NCBI GenBank assembly: GCA_964576275.1
Contig: CAZNUN010000003.1
Coordinates: 69,848-133,847, forward strand
DNA: 64,000 bases
From: an uncultured bacterium
GTDB taxonomy: Bacteria; Fidelibacterota; UBA2242
Direction: 5' to 3'
The notes under the pieces are model-generated. The model saw nothing but the letters and a program-made list of their open reading frames with translations, was not told where the DNA came from and did not search any database. The translations under genes were made by a program, and so were the position numbers. This document shows positions 1-9,370 of this stretch, one piece after another (positions within the stretch are counted from its first letter, which is position 1; each line of letters begins with the position of its first letter).

Positions 1-507
1 GTGCCGCCGGGCAAAATGTCGTCGTATCTCTTCGGCCTCAAGCCCGGCGACCGGGTGACGATTTCCGGCCCATACGGTGAATTCTTCGCTAAGGAAACCG
101 GTAAGGAAATGGTTTTCATCGGCGGAGGAGCCGGAATGGCCCCGCTGCGCTCCCACATTTTCGACCAACTCAAACGCCTGCACACCACACGCAAAATCTC
201 CTTCTGGTACGGCGCCCGCAGCCTGAAGGAAATTTTCTACCAGGACGATTTCGACCGTTTGCAAAAGGAATTCCCGAATTTTCACTGGCACGTAGCCCTG
301 TCTGCGCCGTTGCCGGAGGATGACTGGAAAGGGCACTGCGGTTTCATTCACAATGTAGTCTTGAATAATTATCTGCGCGATCACCCGGCCCCGGAAGAAT
401 GTGAATATTATATCTGCGGACCGCCGCTCATGAACAGCGCCGTCGTTAAAATGCTGGACGAACTCGGCGTCGAACCAGAAAACATCATGTATGATAATTT
501 TGGATGA
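1..507 (+). CDS. nqrF: Na+-translocating NADH:quinone oxidoreductase subunit F, C-terminal FAD/NAD-binding part (5' end lies outside the window)
   Basis: The C-terminal 168 aa carry ferredoxin-NADP-reductase-type motifs ([26 protein letters not shown]) and end ...YDNFG, as NqrF does. The ORF runs to the window edge. Confidence 0.85.
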   Translation: MPPGKMSSYLFGLKPGDRVTISGPYGEFFAKETGKEMVFIGGGAGMAPLRSHIFDQLKRLHTTRKISFWYGARSLKEIFYQDDFDRLQKEFPNFHWHVALSAPLPEDDWKGHCGFIHNVVLNNYLRDHPAPEECEYYICGPPLMNSAVVKMLDELGVEPENIMYDNFG

Positions 508-522
508 TAAAGGAGGATTGCC

Positions 523-978
523 GTGCGACAAGCCATTGACCTTTTACTCGAAAAAGACCGCCCGATGATCAGCGTGACACCGGATACCACGATCTTTGAT
601 GCCCTGCAAATCATGGTGGAAAATAATATCGGGGCGATCGTCGTTTCCGAAAACGACCGGGTGATCGGAATCTGGACCGAGCGCGACCTGATGCACGCGT
701 CCGCCAGGCCCGATTTCGACCGGCACACCGCCCTGATCAAAGACTATATGCAGTCCGAATTGAAAACCGTCAACTTCGACGAACCGATCTACCGGATGCA
801 GGATCGTATTTTGGGCATGTACATCCGACACCTCTTCGTAGTCAAAGACGAAAAGATTATCGGCCTGCTCTCGGCCGGCGACATCACTCGGGCTTGCCTG
901 CTGGAACGCACCAAAGAACTCGAAAGCGTCAGTATGGAATACTACGAGAACTGGCGCTGGGAACGCAAGAAACGTTAG
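523..978 (+). CDS. CBS-pair domain protein
   Basis: GTG start sits 7 nt after an AGGAGG RBS. Two CBS-like segments are present (IGAIVVSENDRVIGIWTERDL; HLFVVKDEKIIGLLSAGDI). Confidence 0.75.
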   Translation: MRQAIDLLLEKDRPMISVTPDTTIFDALQIMVENNIGAIVVSENDRVIGIWTERDLMHASARPDFDRHTALIKDYMQSELKTVNFDEPIYRMQDRILGMYIRHLFVVKDEKIIGLLSAGDITRACLLERTKELESVSMEYYENWRWERKKR

Positions 979-981
979 ACT

Positions 982-1146
982 ATGCTGCTCAACTTTACGG
1001 TGATAATGGGAATCGTAATGCTGGCCTTTGTCCTGCTGATGCTGGCGCTGAAGTTCAGCCGCTACCAGGGTGAACGGCATGACGACCGGTGCGGAAGCGG
1101 TTGTCACTGCGTTGGCGGGTCGTGCGGTAAAAGCAAAACAGAATAA
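982..1146 (+). CDS. Candidate small membrane peptide (54 aa) with a Cys-rich tail, not in the ORF track
   Basis: ATG lies 4 nt after the CBS gene stop. An N-terminal hydrophobic helix (MLLNFTVIMGIVMLAFVLLMLAL) is followed by a Cys-rich tail (CGSGCHCVGGSCGK). Codon usage resembles its neighbours. No homolog recognised. Confidence 0.3.
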   Translation: MLLNFTVIMGIVMLAFVLLMLALKFSRYQGERHDDRCGSGCHCVGGSCGKSKTE

Positions 1147-1319
1147 TCTCTCGCCAAGTCCGCGAAGGATATTTTTGACGAGATTGACAGGCACATTTTT
1201 AGACAGGATTAACTCCGCAGGTCACGTAGGTCACAAAGAAGTCCTCTGGAGAGTCTCCGGTAAGACAGGATAAAATTTTAGCAGGATTGACTCCACAGGA
1301 GTAATCTCTGTCTAAAAAA

Positions 1320-1349
1320 ATCCGCTTAAATCCGCGTCCATCCGCGGCA
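1320..1349. repeat. Three tandem ATCCGC motifs at exact 10-bp phasing, upstream of eda
   Basis: ATCCGCTTAA / ATCCGCGTCC / ATCCGCGGCA start at 1320, 1330 and 1340, on one helical face about 120 nt upstream of the eda start. Confidence 0.4.
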
Positions 1350-1467
1350 GAAGCAACTATGCCAGTGTCTCGCGCAGACGTTAAAACCGGAAAATGCCTT
1401 GCGAAATTTATGCGACTCGATTAATATTCGGGCAGATTAAAACATACGTTTTTGACAGGAATATAAA

Positions 1468-2118
1468 ATGGACAGACAAACAGTTACAGGCAAGTTGATC
1501 GATTCGGGATTGGTGGCCGTCATCCGGCTGAACAGCGGAGAGAAACTGCCGGGCATTATCGAGGCTTTGCGCCAGGGCGGCGTCAATGCCCTCGAAATCA
1601 CCATGACCACGCCAGGTGCGCTCGCGATCATTAAAGACATTGCCGATAAAACCGGTGACGATTTCCTGATCGGGGCGGGCAGTGTGCTGGATGCTGAAAC
1701 CGCCCGTCTGGCGATTCTCAACGGCGCGCAGTTCGTGGTTGGACCGGTCTTCAACCCGGAAGTGCTACGCCTGTGCCACCGCTATGACAAGGTCGCCATT
1801 CCCGGCGCCTTTACTCCGACGGAGATATTAGCCGCCTGGGAGCAGGGAGCCGACATCGTGAAAGTTTTTCCGGCGACGGCGCTTGGGCCGGGCTATATGA
1901 AGGACGTCCTGGGCCCGCTGCCGCAGGTCAAACTGCTGCCGACCGGCGGAGTTACCCTGGCAAACGCGGCCGAATTTATCCGGGCGGGCGCTTGTTGTCT
2001 GGGAGTCGGTACGGCCTTGTTGGATAAAAAGATAATCGCCGCCGATGACTGGCCGGCGCTGGCTCAACATGCCGCGGCTTTCCGCGCCGCCGTTTTGGAC
2101 GGTCGGGCGGGCAAATGA
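1468..2118 (+). CDS. eda: 2-dehydro-3-deoxyphosphogluconate (KDPG) / KHG aldolase
   Basis: Length of 216 aa and motifs typical of Eda-family aldolases (GVNALEITMTTPGA; GAGSVLD; KVFPA). Confidence 0.85.
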   Translation: MDRQTVTGKLIDSGLVAVIRLNSGEKLPGIIEALRQGGVNALEITMTTPGALAIIKDIADKTGDDFLIGAGSVLDAETARLAILNGAQFVVGPVFNPEVLRLCHRYDKVAIPGAFTPTEILAAWEQGADIVKVFPATALGPGYMKDVLGPLPQVKLLPTGGVTLANAAEFIRAGACCLGVGTALLDKKIIAADDWPALAQHAAAFRAAVLDGRAGK

Positions 2119-2145
2119 AATTAATGCTAATTAAAGAGGAATAAG

Positions 2146-2976
2146 ATGGAAGTCCGTTATTTAGCCGACCCGGTGCGGTTTCAGCGTATGACGACCGCAG
2201 AATTACGGCAGAATATGCTGATCGAGAATCTTTTCAAACCGGGCGAATTGACGCTGGTTTACAGTGATTCAGAGCGGGCCATCGTGGGTTCGGCGGTTCC
2301 GACCGGTGCGCCGCTAAGCCTGCGTGGCTCGAAGGAACTGGCCGCTGAATATTTTACCGAACGACGCGAAATCGGAATCATCAACATCGGCGCGCCCGGA
2401 ATTGTTACGGTGGGCGAAGAATCTTTTCATTTAGCGCATAAAGAGGCGCTTTATATCGGCAAGGGGCAGCACAATGTCGAATTCCGCAGCGAGGCGGTAC
2501 AGACGCCGGCCGAATTTTACCTGCTGAGTTACCCGGCGCACCAGGCCTATCCGACCCGCAAGGTCACCCAAGCCCAGGCCAACCGGCTGGATCTCGGCAG
2601 CGCTGCCGAATGCAACCAGCGTACGATTTTCCAGTATCTGCGGCCGGGAGTGCTGGAGACCTGCCAGCTGGTCATGGGACTGACCGAGCTGGCCGAGGGC
2701 AGCGTCTGGAACACGATGCCGCCGCATACCCATGCCCGTCGCACGGAGGTTTATTTTTATTTCGATATGCCAGAAAATGGGCTGGTGTTCCATTTCTGCG
2801 GCGAGCCGCAAGCCACCCGCCATATCGTCATGCGCAACAAACAGGCCGTGCTTTCGCCCAGCTGGTCGATTCATGCCGGAGCTGGCACTGCGCGCTACAC
2901 CTTTATCTGGGGAATGGGCGGCGAAAACCAGGAATTCGGCGATATGGATAATGTTGCGCCGGTGAATTTGATGTAA
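2146..2976 (+). CDS. kduI: 5-dehydro-4-deoxy-D-glucuronate isomerase
   Basis: Aligns by eye along its whole 276 aa to E. coli KduI. Shared blocks include LETCQLVMGLTELAEGSVWNTMPPHTH, EVYFYF, TRHIVMRNKQAVLSPSWSIH and TFIWGMGGENQEF. Confidence 0.88.
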   Translation: MEVRYLADPVRFQRMTTAELRQNMLIENLFKPGELTLVYSDSERAIVGSAVPTGAPLSLRGSKELAAEYFTERREIGIINIGAPGIVTVGEESFHLAHKEALYIGKGQHNVEFRSEAVQTPAEFYLLSYPAHQAYPTRKVTQAQANRLDLGSAAECNQRTIFQYLRPGVLETCQLVMGLTELAEGSVWNTMPPHTHARRTEVYFYFDMPENGLVFHFCGEPQATRHIVMRNKQAVLSPSWSIHAGAGTARYTFIWGMGGENQEFGDMDNVAPVNLM

Positions 2977-3081
2977 TTTTTACGACCTGAAAAGGCCGCC
3001 CGGAAAAAAAATTTACCGGATAATAATTACATAATTGATTCTACAACCATATTTGGATAAATTTGAGCGTTTATTTAAAAT

Positions 3082-3711
3082 GTGGTTGTTTTGAAAAATA
3101 TTGCGGTTTTTGCTTCCGGGCGCGGTTCCAACTTCTCCGCTATCCTGGATTTGATTAAGAAGGGCAAAATTGACGCTCAGGTCGTTTGCGTCATCAGCGA
3201 CAACGATCATCCGGCCGTTTTTGACCGTGCGGCAGCGGAGGGAATCCCGACTTTTTGCATCAATCGTAAACAATTTTCGGCCCCGGAAGACTATGTAGCC
3301 GCGTTACTGGAAATGATGGAGAGACAAAAAGTCGATTTGATTGTCCTGGCTGGTTTTCTGAAATTGATCCCGGGCGCGGTCGTGCGCCGTTTTCCGCATG
3401 CTATTGTTAATATTCACCCGGCCTTGCTGCCGAATTTCGGCGGGCAGGGATTTTACGGGATGAAGGTACATGAAGCCGTGATAGCCTCCGGCGTGAAGGT
3501 AACCGGAGTAACGATCCATTTCGTGGATGAGAAATATGATAACGGGGCGATCATTTGCCAGGAACAGGTGCCCGTTCGGCAGAACGATACGCCGGAAAGC
3601 CTGGCGCAGCGGGTTCTGGAAGTCGAGCACCGGCTCTATCCGGAAGTCGTGCAAGCCCTGTGTGCAGATAAAATTAAAGTGATTGACAGAAAGGTTGTCT
3701 GGAACAAATGA
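3082..3711 (+). CDS. purN: Phosphoribosylglycinamide formyltransferase
   Basis: GTG start. PurN motifs are present (ASGRGSNF; HPALLP; folate-binding VTGVTIHFVDEKYDNGAII). The stop overlaps the purH start (ATGA). Confidence 0.9.
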   Translation: MVVLKNIAVFASGRGSNFSAILDLIKKGKIDAQVVCVISDNDHPAVFDRAAAEGIPTFCINRKQFSAPEDYVAALLEMMERQKVDLIVLAGFLKLIPGAVVRRFPHAIVNIHPALLPNFGGQGFYGMKVHEAVIASGVKVTGVTIHFVDEKYDNGAIICQEQVPVRQNDTPESLAQRVLEVEHRLYPEVVQALCADKIKVIDRKVVWNK

Positions 3712-5258
3712 GTGCATTTCAAATCAAACGGGCTGTCATCAGTGTCTGGGACAAAACCAATATTGGGCTGCTGGCCCAAACATTGGCCGATCACGGAACG
3801 GAGATATTTTCAACGGGCGGCACTTTCCAGGCCTTGAAAAACGCCGGTTTGGCAGTGCAAAAAATTGAAGATTTGACCGGCTTCCCGGAAATTCTGGGCG
3901 GGCGGGTCAAGACCCTGCATCCGGTGGTTTTCGCCGGCTTGCTGGCGGATACTACCGAAGAAAGCCACCGCGCTGACCTTGCGCGCGTCAAAGTTGAGTC
4001 GTTTCAGCTGGTAGTGGTCAATCTGTATCCGTTCCGCGAGACATATCATGCCGGCAATAAAAGCTTCGAGGAAATTGTCGAGATGATCGACATCGGCGGA
4101 CCGAGCATGCTGCGGGCGGCTTCAAAAAACTTTAAAAATGTCGTGATTCTGTCCGATCCAGCGCAATATGAAGAATTCCTGCAAAGATTGCAGAAAGACG
4201 AAATTGATCTGGAGTATCGCCGGAAATTAGCCAGAGCGGTTTTCCTTAAAACCACGGCCTACGACGCCGAGATCGCTTCCTTCCTTTCTGGTGCCGGCGA
4301 AGATAAAATGCCGCCGGTTATAGTGCAGCCTTACAGTAAATACCAGAATATGCGTTACGGCGAAAATCCCGATCAGAGAGCCGTGCTATATGCTCCGCTG
4401 AACGAGCCGAACTGGCAGCCGTTTCAACAATTGCAAGGTAAAGAAATATCCTATAACAATTACGTTGACTGCCTGGCGGCTTATCGGTGCTATTCAACTT
4501 TCCGGACCGACGACGCTGCGGTGGTAATCATGAAACACACCAACCCGTGCGGTTTTGCAGTCGGGGCGACGCCGCTGGCGGCCTACCAGCGGGCGGTGCA
4601 GACCGATCCGGTCAGTTACTTCGGCGGGATCGTGGGCGTGAACCGCGAGGTCGATCAGGAATTGGCCGAAGAGTTTACCAAGAGCTTCCTGGAATGTATC
4701 ATCGCACCGGCTTATTCGGCGACAGCGCTGGAAATTTTAAGAAAACGCAAGAATCTGCGGCTGTTGATTCCGGATGAGAATGCCCTGCGATTCGATCTGG
4801 ATATGCGCGCCTATGGCAAAGGCTTGTTGGTTCAGGAGCAGCAAGCGTCCGAAGATGCGGAAAGCGACTGGCAAACGGTGACCGAGCAACAGGCCGATCC
4901 GGCCTTACTGCCGGCTATCAGAATTGCCTGGCATGTGGTCAAGCATGTCAAATCCAATGCAGTGGTCTTTTGCAATGCGACCGGTACGGTCGGGGTCGGG
5001 GCTGGGCAGATGTCAAGGGTTGACTCGGCCAAGATCGCCGTACGCAAAGCCGGCGAAGCGGGCTTGTCGTTAAAAGGAACGGTGATGGCTTCGGATGCCT
5101 ATTTTCCGTTTCGGGATTCGGTCGATCAGGCCGCCGCAGTTGGTGCTGTAGGAATAGTTCAGCCGGGCGGCAGTATCCGGGATGAGGAGAGCGTCAAGGC
5201 TTGCAATGAGTATAAAATGTTTATGGTATTTACGGGTAAGCGGGTTTTTAAACATTAA
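3708..5258 (+). CDS. purH: Bifunctional AICAR transformylase / IMP cyclohydrolase
   Basis: 516 aa. The N-terminal MGS-like domain ([29 protein letters not shown]) and the AICARFT domain are both recognisable. Confidence 0.95.
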   Translation: MSAFQIKRAVISVWDKTNIGLLAQTLADHGTEIFSTGGTFQALKNAGLAVQKIEDLTGFPEILGGRVKTLHPVVFAGLLADTTEESHRADLARVKVESFQLVVVNLYPFRETYHAGNKSFEEIVEMIDIGGPSMLRAASKNFKNVVILSDPAQYEEFLQRLQKDEIDLEYRRKLARAVFLKTTAYDAEIASFLSGAGEDKMPPVIVQPYSKYQNMRYGENPDQRAVLYAPLNEPNWQPFQQLQGKEISYNNYVDCLAAYRCYSTFRTDDAAVVIMKHTNPCGFAVGATPLAAYQRAVQTDPVSYFGGIVGVNREVDQELAEEFTKSFLECIIAPAYSATALEILRKRKNLRLLIPDENALRFDLDMRAYGKGLLVQEQQASEDAESDWQTVTEQQADPALLPAIRIAWHVVKHVKSNAVVFCNATGTVGVGAGQMSRVDSAKIAVRKAGEAGLSLKGTVMASDAYFPFRDSVDQAAAVGAVGIVQPGGSIRDEESVKACNEYKMFMVFTGKRVFKH

Positions 5259-5268
5259 GGGGTGGAGC

Positions 5269-6288
5269 ATGAAATTAGGAGCGAATTTGTTTAATATTTT
5301 TACCGGCGATATTGCCATCGATCTGGGTACCGCCAACACAGTCATATATATGAAGGGCAAGGGCATCATCCTGGATGAGCCGTCGATTGTCGCCCGTTCG
5401 GCGCACGATGGTGAAGTCGTCGCGGTCGGCATTGACGCCAAGGATATGCTCGGCAAGACTCACCGCGACATTATTACCATCCGACCGCTAAAAGATGGCG
5501 TGATAGCCGATTTTGAGATGACCGATGCCATGATCCGCGGCTTTATTCGCAAGATCAATCTCAGCCGGATTGCCCGCCCGCGCATGGTCATCTGCATTCC
5601 GTCCGGAATCACCGAGGTCGAAAAACGGGCGGTGCGTGATTCGGCCGACCGCGCCAACGCTCGCGAAGTATTTCTGGTTGACGAGCCGGTGGCGGCTGCC
5701 ATTGGAATCGGGATCGATATTTCCAAACCGGTCGGTAACATTATCGTCGATATTGGCGGCGGCACAACCGAGATCGCCGTGATAGCTTTGAATGGAATCG
5801 TCACCAAACAGGCCATCCGGGTGGCCGGTGATGAAATGGACGAAGCCATTGTCCAGTATTTTAAAACCGAACATAATCTGCTGATCGGTGAACGCACCGC
5901 CGAAACGATCAAGTGCTCGGTCGGTTCCGCCATGCCGATCAACGACACGACTATTCAGGTCAAAGGCCGCAGTCTGGTAGCCGGTATTCCGAAGACCATC
6001 GAAGTGTCTTCGGTAGAAATCCGCGAATGTCTGAAAGACACCCTTGATCTGATTATACAGGCCGTTAAACAGGCTCTCGAAATGACTCCGCCGGAATTAT
6101 CTTCGGATATTCTCGATCGCGGAATTATTTTAACCGGCGGCGGCGCGCTGCTGAAAGGCCTCGATCAGCGCATACGCGTCGAAACCGACCTGCCGGTCAA
6201 CGTTGCCGAAACTCCATTATTGTCAGTAGTCAAAGGGGCCGGGATGATCATCGACGATATTGAAAAGTATCGGGATGTTCTGGTCTAA
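5269..6288 (+). CDS. mreB: Rod shape-determining actin homolog MreB
   Basis: ATG at 5269 follows a GGTGGAG RBS; the track ORF extends upstream into purH. Canonical MreB N-terminus (DIAIDLGTANTVIY) and actin-fold motifs are present. Confidence 0.95.
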   Translation: MKLGANLFNIFTGDIAIDLGTANTVIYMKGKGIILDEPSIVARSAHDGEVVAVGIDAKDMLGKTHRDIITIRPLKDGVIADFEMTDAMIRGFIRKINLSRIARPRMVICIPSGITEVEKRAVRDSADRANAREVFLVDEPVAAAIGIGIDISKPVGNIIVDIGGGTTEIAVIALNGIVTKQAIRVAGDEMDEAIVQYFKTEHNLLIGERTAETIKCSVGSAMPINDTTIQVKGRSLVAGIPKTIEVSSVEIRECLKDTLDLIIQAVKQALEMTPPELSSDILDRGIILTGGGALLKGLDQRIRVETDLPVNVAETPLLSVVKGAGMIIDDIEKYRDVLV

Positions 6289-6293
6289 AAACG

Positions 6294-7085
6294 ATGTGGC
6301 TGAAAGTAATCCGTTTTCTGATTGACCTGTATGAATACTTACTGCTGATTTTTTTAATAGTTATATCACTCACGATCCTGACGCATAATGAATCGCCCCA
6401 GGCGCGCCTGTTGCAGGGCGATATCGCCGATTTGTTCGCTTTTATTCATTATCCGCGCCTCTGGATTGACGATCTCTCAGGTCTCATCGATGAAAATCAG
6501 AATCTCAAGGAGGAAAACCTGCGCCTTGGTCTGCTGAATGCACAATTAAAAGAGGCCTATCTGGAAAATCAACGTCTGCGCGAAATGCTTAGTTTTATTG
6601 ATACGACCAGATTGACAATCGTCCCGGCGGAAGTAATCAACCAGGGTACGACGCCGCTGTTTAATTCAGTTTTGATTAATGTCGGCAGCGCCCGGGGAAT
6701 TGCCCCGAATATGGCCGTCATTACCAATAAGGGAATTGTCGGAAAAACAGTTTCGGTCGGGGACAACAATTCGATTGTGCAGATCTTTACGGATGTCAAT
6801 TTTCGGCTGGGGGTCAAGTTTCAGATTTCACGGGAGTACGGCATCATGAGTTGGCGGCCGAACGGTTTGGCCGAAGTGCGCGAGATTCCCAAGACGGCAG
6901 TAATCTATCCCGGTGAGAAAGTGTTGACTTCCGGGTACAGCGATATTTATCCGGCGAATATTCCGGTCGGCGAGGTTATTGACGTGCGTCAGTCGACGAA
7001 TAATCTTTTCCAGATTGCGACTGTCCGCCCAGGGGTCAATATTAACTCAACCGAAGAGGTTTTTGTGGTGGTGGCGGAAAAATGA
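6294..7085 (+). CDS. mreC: Rod shape-determining protein MreC
   Basis: Lies between mreB and mreD. N-terminal TM segment plus coiled coil (ENQNLKEENLRLGLLNAQLKEAYLENQRLREML), then a beta-rich C-terminal domain. Confidence 0.85.
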   Translation: MWLKVIRFLIDLYEYLLLIFLIVISLTILTHNESPQARLLQGDIADLFAFIHYPRLWIDDLSGLIDENQNLKEENLRLGLLNAQLKEAYLENQRLREMLSFIDTTRLTIVPAEVINQGTTPLFNSVLINVGSARGIAPNMAVITNKGIVGKTVSVGDNNSIVQIFTDVNFRLGVKFQISREYGIMSWRPNGLAEVREIPKTAVIYPGEKVLTSGYSDIYPANIPVGEVIDVRQSTNNLFQIATVRPGVNINSTEEVFVVVAEK

Positions 7086-7561
7086 TGCGCAAGACCCTGA
7101 TAATTACAGCCTTCAGTTTGCTGGCATTTCTGGTGCAGCTCCTCTTTGGTTCATGGATGACAATCCGGGAAATCAGACCGGATTTTCTCCTGATCGTGGT
7201 GATGTTTATCGGGCGCAATGAAGGTAAAGTCGGCGGGCAGATTTACGGATTTTTAATCGGCCTGATAGCAGATATGATCGGCCTGAGCTCTTTTCTCGGG
7301 TTGTCGGCCTTGTCGAAAACAGTAGCTGGCTTCGGGGCCGGTCTGTTGCGCAAGCGCCGCAACCGCCTGAATCCGGTCATTTTTCATGGGGTTGAGGTCT
7401 TGATTCTTGTGATTCACTTTTCGATTATCTATATGATCAATTTCAATACTATCGATGTTTCGGCCCAGATGATCTTTTTTCAATATATTCTGCCGTCCGT
7501 CCTGTATACCGGACTCTTTTATTTTCTCTTTCAGTATTTTCTTCCGCAAGCTTCGGAATAG
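7082..7561 (+). CDS. mreD: Rod shape-determining protein MreD
   Basis: Polytopic 159-aa membrane protein. Overlaps mreC by 4 nt and precedes mrdA. Confidence 0.75.
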   Translation: MMRKTLIITAFSLLAFLVQLLFGSWMTIREIRPDFLLIVVMFIGRNEGKVGGQIYGFLIGLIADMIGLSSFLGLSALSKTVAGFGAGLLRKRRNRLNPVIFHGVEVLILVIHFSIIYMINFNTIDVSAQMIFFQYILPSVLYTGLFYFLFQYFLPQASE

Positions 7562-7564
7562 ACC

Positions 7565-9370
7565 ATGTATATTTCGCACAACACGGTTACAAATCTGAGA
7601 AAGAACGTCCTGGTCGGTTTATTCATTGTGATTTTCATGATTTTAATCGGCCGCCTGTATTATTTACAAATAGTTGAAGGCCCGAGCTATAAGGGGATTG
7701 CGGAAGCCAATCGGATCCGGGTCGTTCCGATCGAGGCTCCGCGCGGGATAATCTATGACCGCAAGGGTCAGATCATCGCGGATAATGCCTCTCAATATAA
7801 TATCAATGTTATTCCATATGAATTCAGACAGAATTCTCAGGCGGATTCGACCCTGGCGGCAATCCTGGGATTGAGCACCAAACAGCTCAATACCCGCATT
7901 CGAAACAACTGGCGGGGACAATTCGTTCCGATCAGGGTGGCTGAAGACGTCGATTTTCAGGTGTTGACGACTATTGAAGAGCATCGTTTGGACTTGCCGG
8001 GAGTTATTTATTCGCTGGAACCTGTCCGCTCCTTTCCGACCGGAATTCGCATGTCGCAATCTCTGGGCTATGTGCGCGAAATCGGTCCCAATGATCTGCG
8101 TCTTGTAAAAAATCAGGAATACAAACAGGGCGATGTGATTGGCTGGAGAGGAGTCGAAAGACAGTATGAAACTCTTTTAAGGGGCAATCGCGGCTTTAAC
8201 TTCATACAAGTGGATGCTCTCGGGCGGGAGGTTGGCAATCTGAAAGATCGCAGCAATATTCCGCCCAGTCCCGGTAACGATATGTTTCTGACAGTCGATC
8301 TGGATCTGCAGGTTTATGCCGAATCCCTGCTGGAAGGATATAAGGCCGCGATGGTCGCTATGGACGCCCACAGTGGCGAGATTCTGAGCATTGTCAGTAA
8401 ACCGGATTATCCGCCAGCGGTCTTTTCCGGTGTGGTTTCCGGGAGTATGTGGAATCAACTGCGCAGTGATCCGAATTTGCCGATGTATAACCGCGCTACT
8501 CAGGGCACCTATCCACCGGGCTCGACTTTTAAAATTATTGCGATTTTAACCGCCCTGGAAACTCAGGCCGTAGATACAAATTGGTCGGTGGTCTGCCATG
8601 GACAGTATCGTCTTGGCCGGCGGATTTTCAAGTGCTGGGAACAAAGCGGGCACGGTCGGATGAACATGCACGACGCCGTGGTTCATTCCTGCAATGTATA
8701 TTTCTATAATTTAATCCGCCGTCTCGATCTGAATGAGTGGGCAAATATGGGCAAGGCATTCATGTTCGGAACCTCCACCGGCTCCGATCTGTTCGATGAA
8801 TCGGAAGGAGTCATGCCGGACGTCGGTTTCCTGAATCGGAAATACGGTGAACATGGCTGGACGGATGGCAATAAGCTCAATCTGGTGATCGGACAGGGCG
8901 ATGTTCTCGTCACGCCGATTCAGATGGTCCGCTTCAGCGCGGCTCTGGCGACCCGCGGTAAGTTGGTGCAACCACATGTCGGACTGAAATATATTGACCG
9001 CATTACCAATCAGACCCACTACTTTACCAGTAAATCCGATTCGATCCGCCGTATTTCCACCCGCAACTGGGAGTTTGTCGAACGGGCAATGAATGATGTC
9101 GTGAACGGCGGCACCGGCCGGGCTGCCCGGGTGCGGGGCGTTCAGGTGTTTGGCAAGACTGGCACCGCCCAGAACCCGCATGGCGAGGCGCATGCCTGGT
9201 TTATCGGCTACATGAAAGAACGTGATCAGACTATCGCCCTGGCGGTTTTGGTCGAACATGGAAAATCCGGCGGCGGCATTTCCGCCCAGATCGCCGGTAA
9301 GATTTTCAATTTTATCCGACAGCAGACTGTCAATCAAATGGTGGCTAACAATGCGCCGGTCAATCATTAA
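7565..9370 (+). CDS. mrdA: Penicillin-binding protein 2 (elongasome transpeptidase)
   Basis: N-terminal TM anchor, PBP dimerisation domain, and transpeptidase motifs STFK (GSTFKII), SxN and KTGT. Confidence 0.9.
   Translation: MYISHNTVTNLRKNVLVGLFIVIFMILIGRLYYLQIVEGPSYKGIAEANRIRVVPIEAPRGIIYDRKGQIIADNASQYNINVIPYEFRQNSQADSTLAAILGLSTKQLNTRIRNNWRGQFVPIRVAEDVDFQVLTTIEEHRLDLPGVIYSLEPVRSFPTGIRMSQSLGYVREIGPNDLRLVKNQEYKQGDVIGWRGVERQYETLLRGNRGFNFIQVDALGREVGNLKDRSNIPPSPGNDMFLTVDLDLQVYAESLLEGYKAAMVAMDAHSGEILSIVSKPDYPPAVFSGVVSGSMWNQLRSDPNLPMYNRATQGTYPPGSTFKIIAILTALETQAVDTNWSVVCHGQYRLGRRIFKCWEQSGHGRMNMHDAVVHSCNVYFYNLIRRLDLNEWANMGKAFMFGTSTGSDLFDESEGVMPDVGFLNRKYGEHGWTDGNKLNLVIGQGDVLVTPIQMVRFSAALATRGKLVQPHVGLKYIDRITNQTHYFTSKSDSIRRISTRNWEFVERAMNDVVNGGTGRAARVRGVQVFGKTGTAQNPHGEAHAWFIGYMKERDQTIALAVLVEHGKSGGGISAQIAGKIFNFIRQQTVNQMVANNAPVNH

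Noticed and set aside
544-1194. Long antisense ORFs from the track lying inside well-supported genes. Examples: 544..1194, 8711..9484, 30629..31792, 31584..32336, 41638..42201, 45966..46433 and 53640..54458.
   Set aside because: Each lies entirely within, and opposite to, a gene with strong family-level motif support. GC-rich antisense frames commonly stay open. No motifs or RBS were found.
1070-1273. Plus-strand 67-aa track ORF across the eda upstream region.
   Set aside because: No RBS and no protein-like composition. It overlaps the direct-repeat and palindrome region. The smaller ORF at 982..1146 in another frame is more gene-like.
2977-3081. GGCCGCCCGG followed by an A-run after kduI as an intrinsic terminator.
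   Set aside because: The stem is at most 3-4 bp and is followed by A rather than T on the coding strand. It is not convincing.
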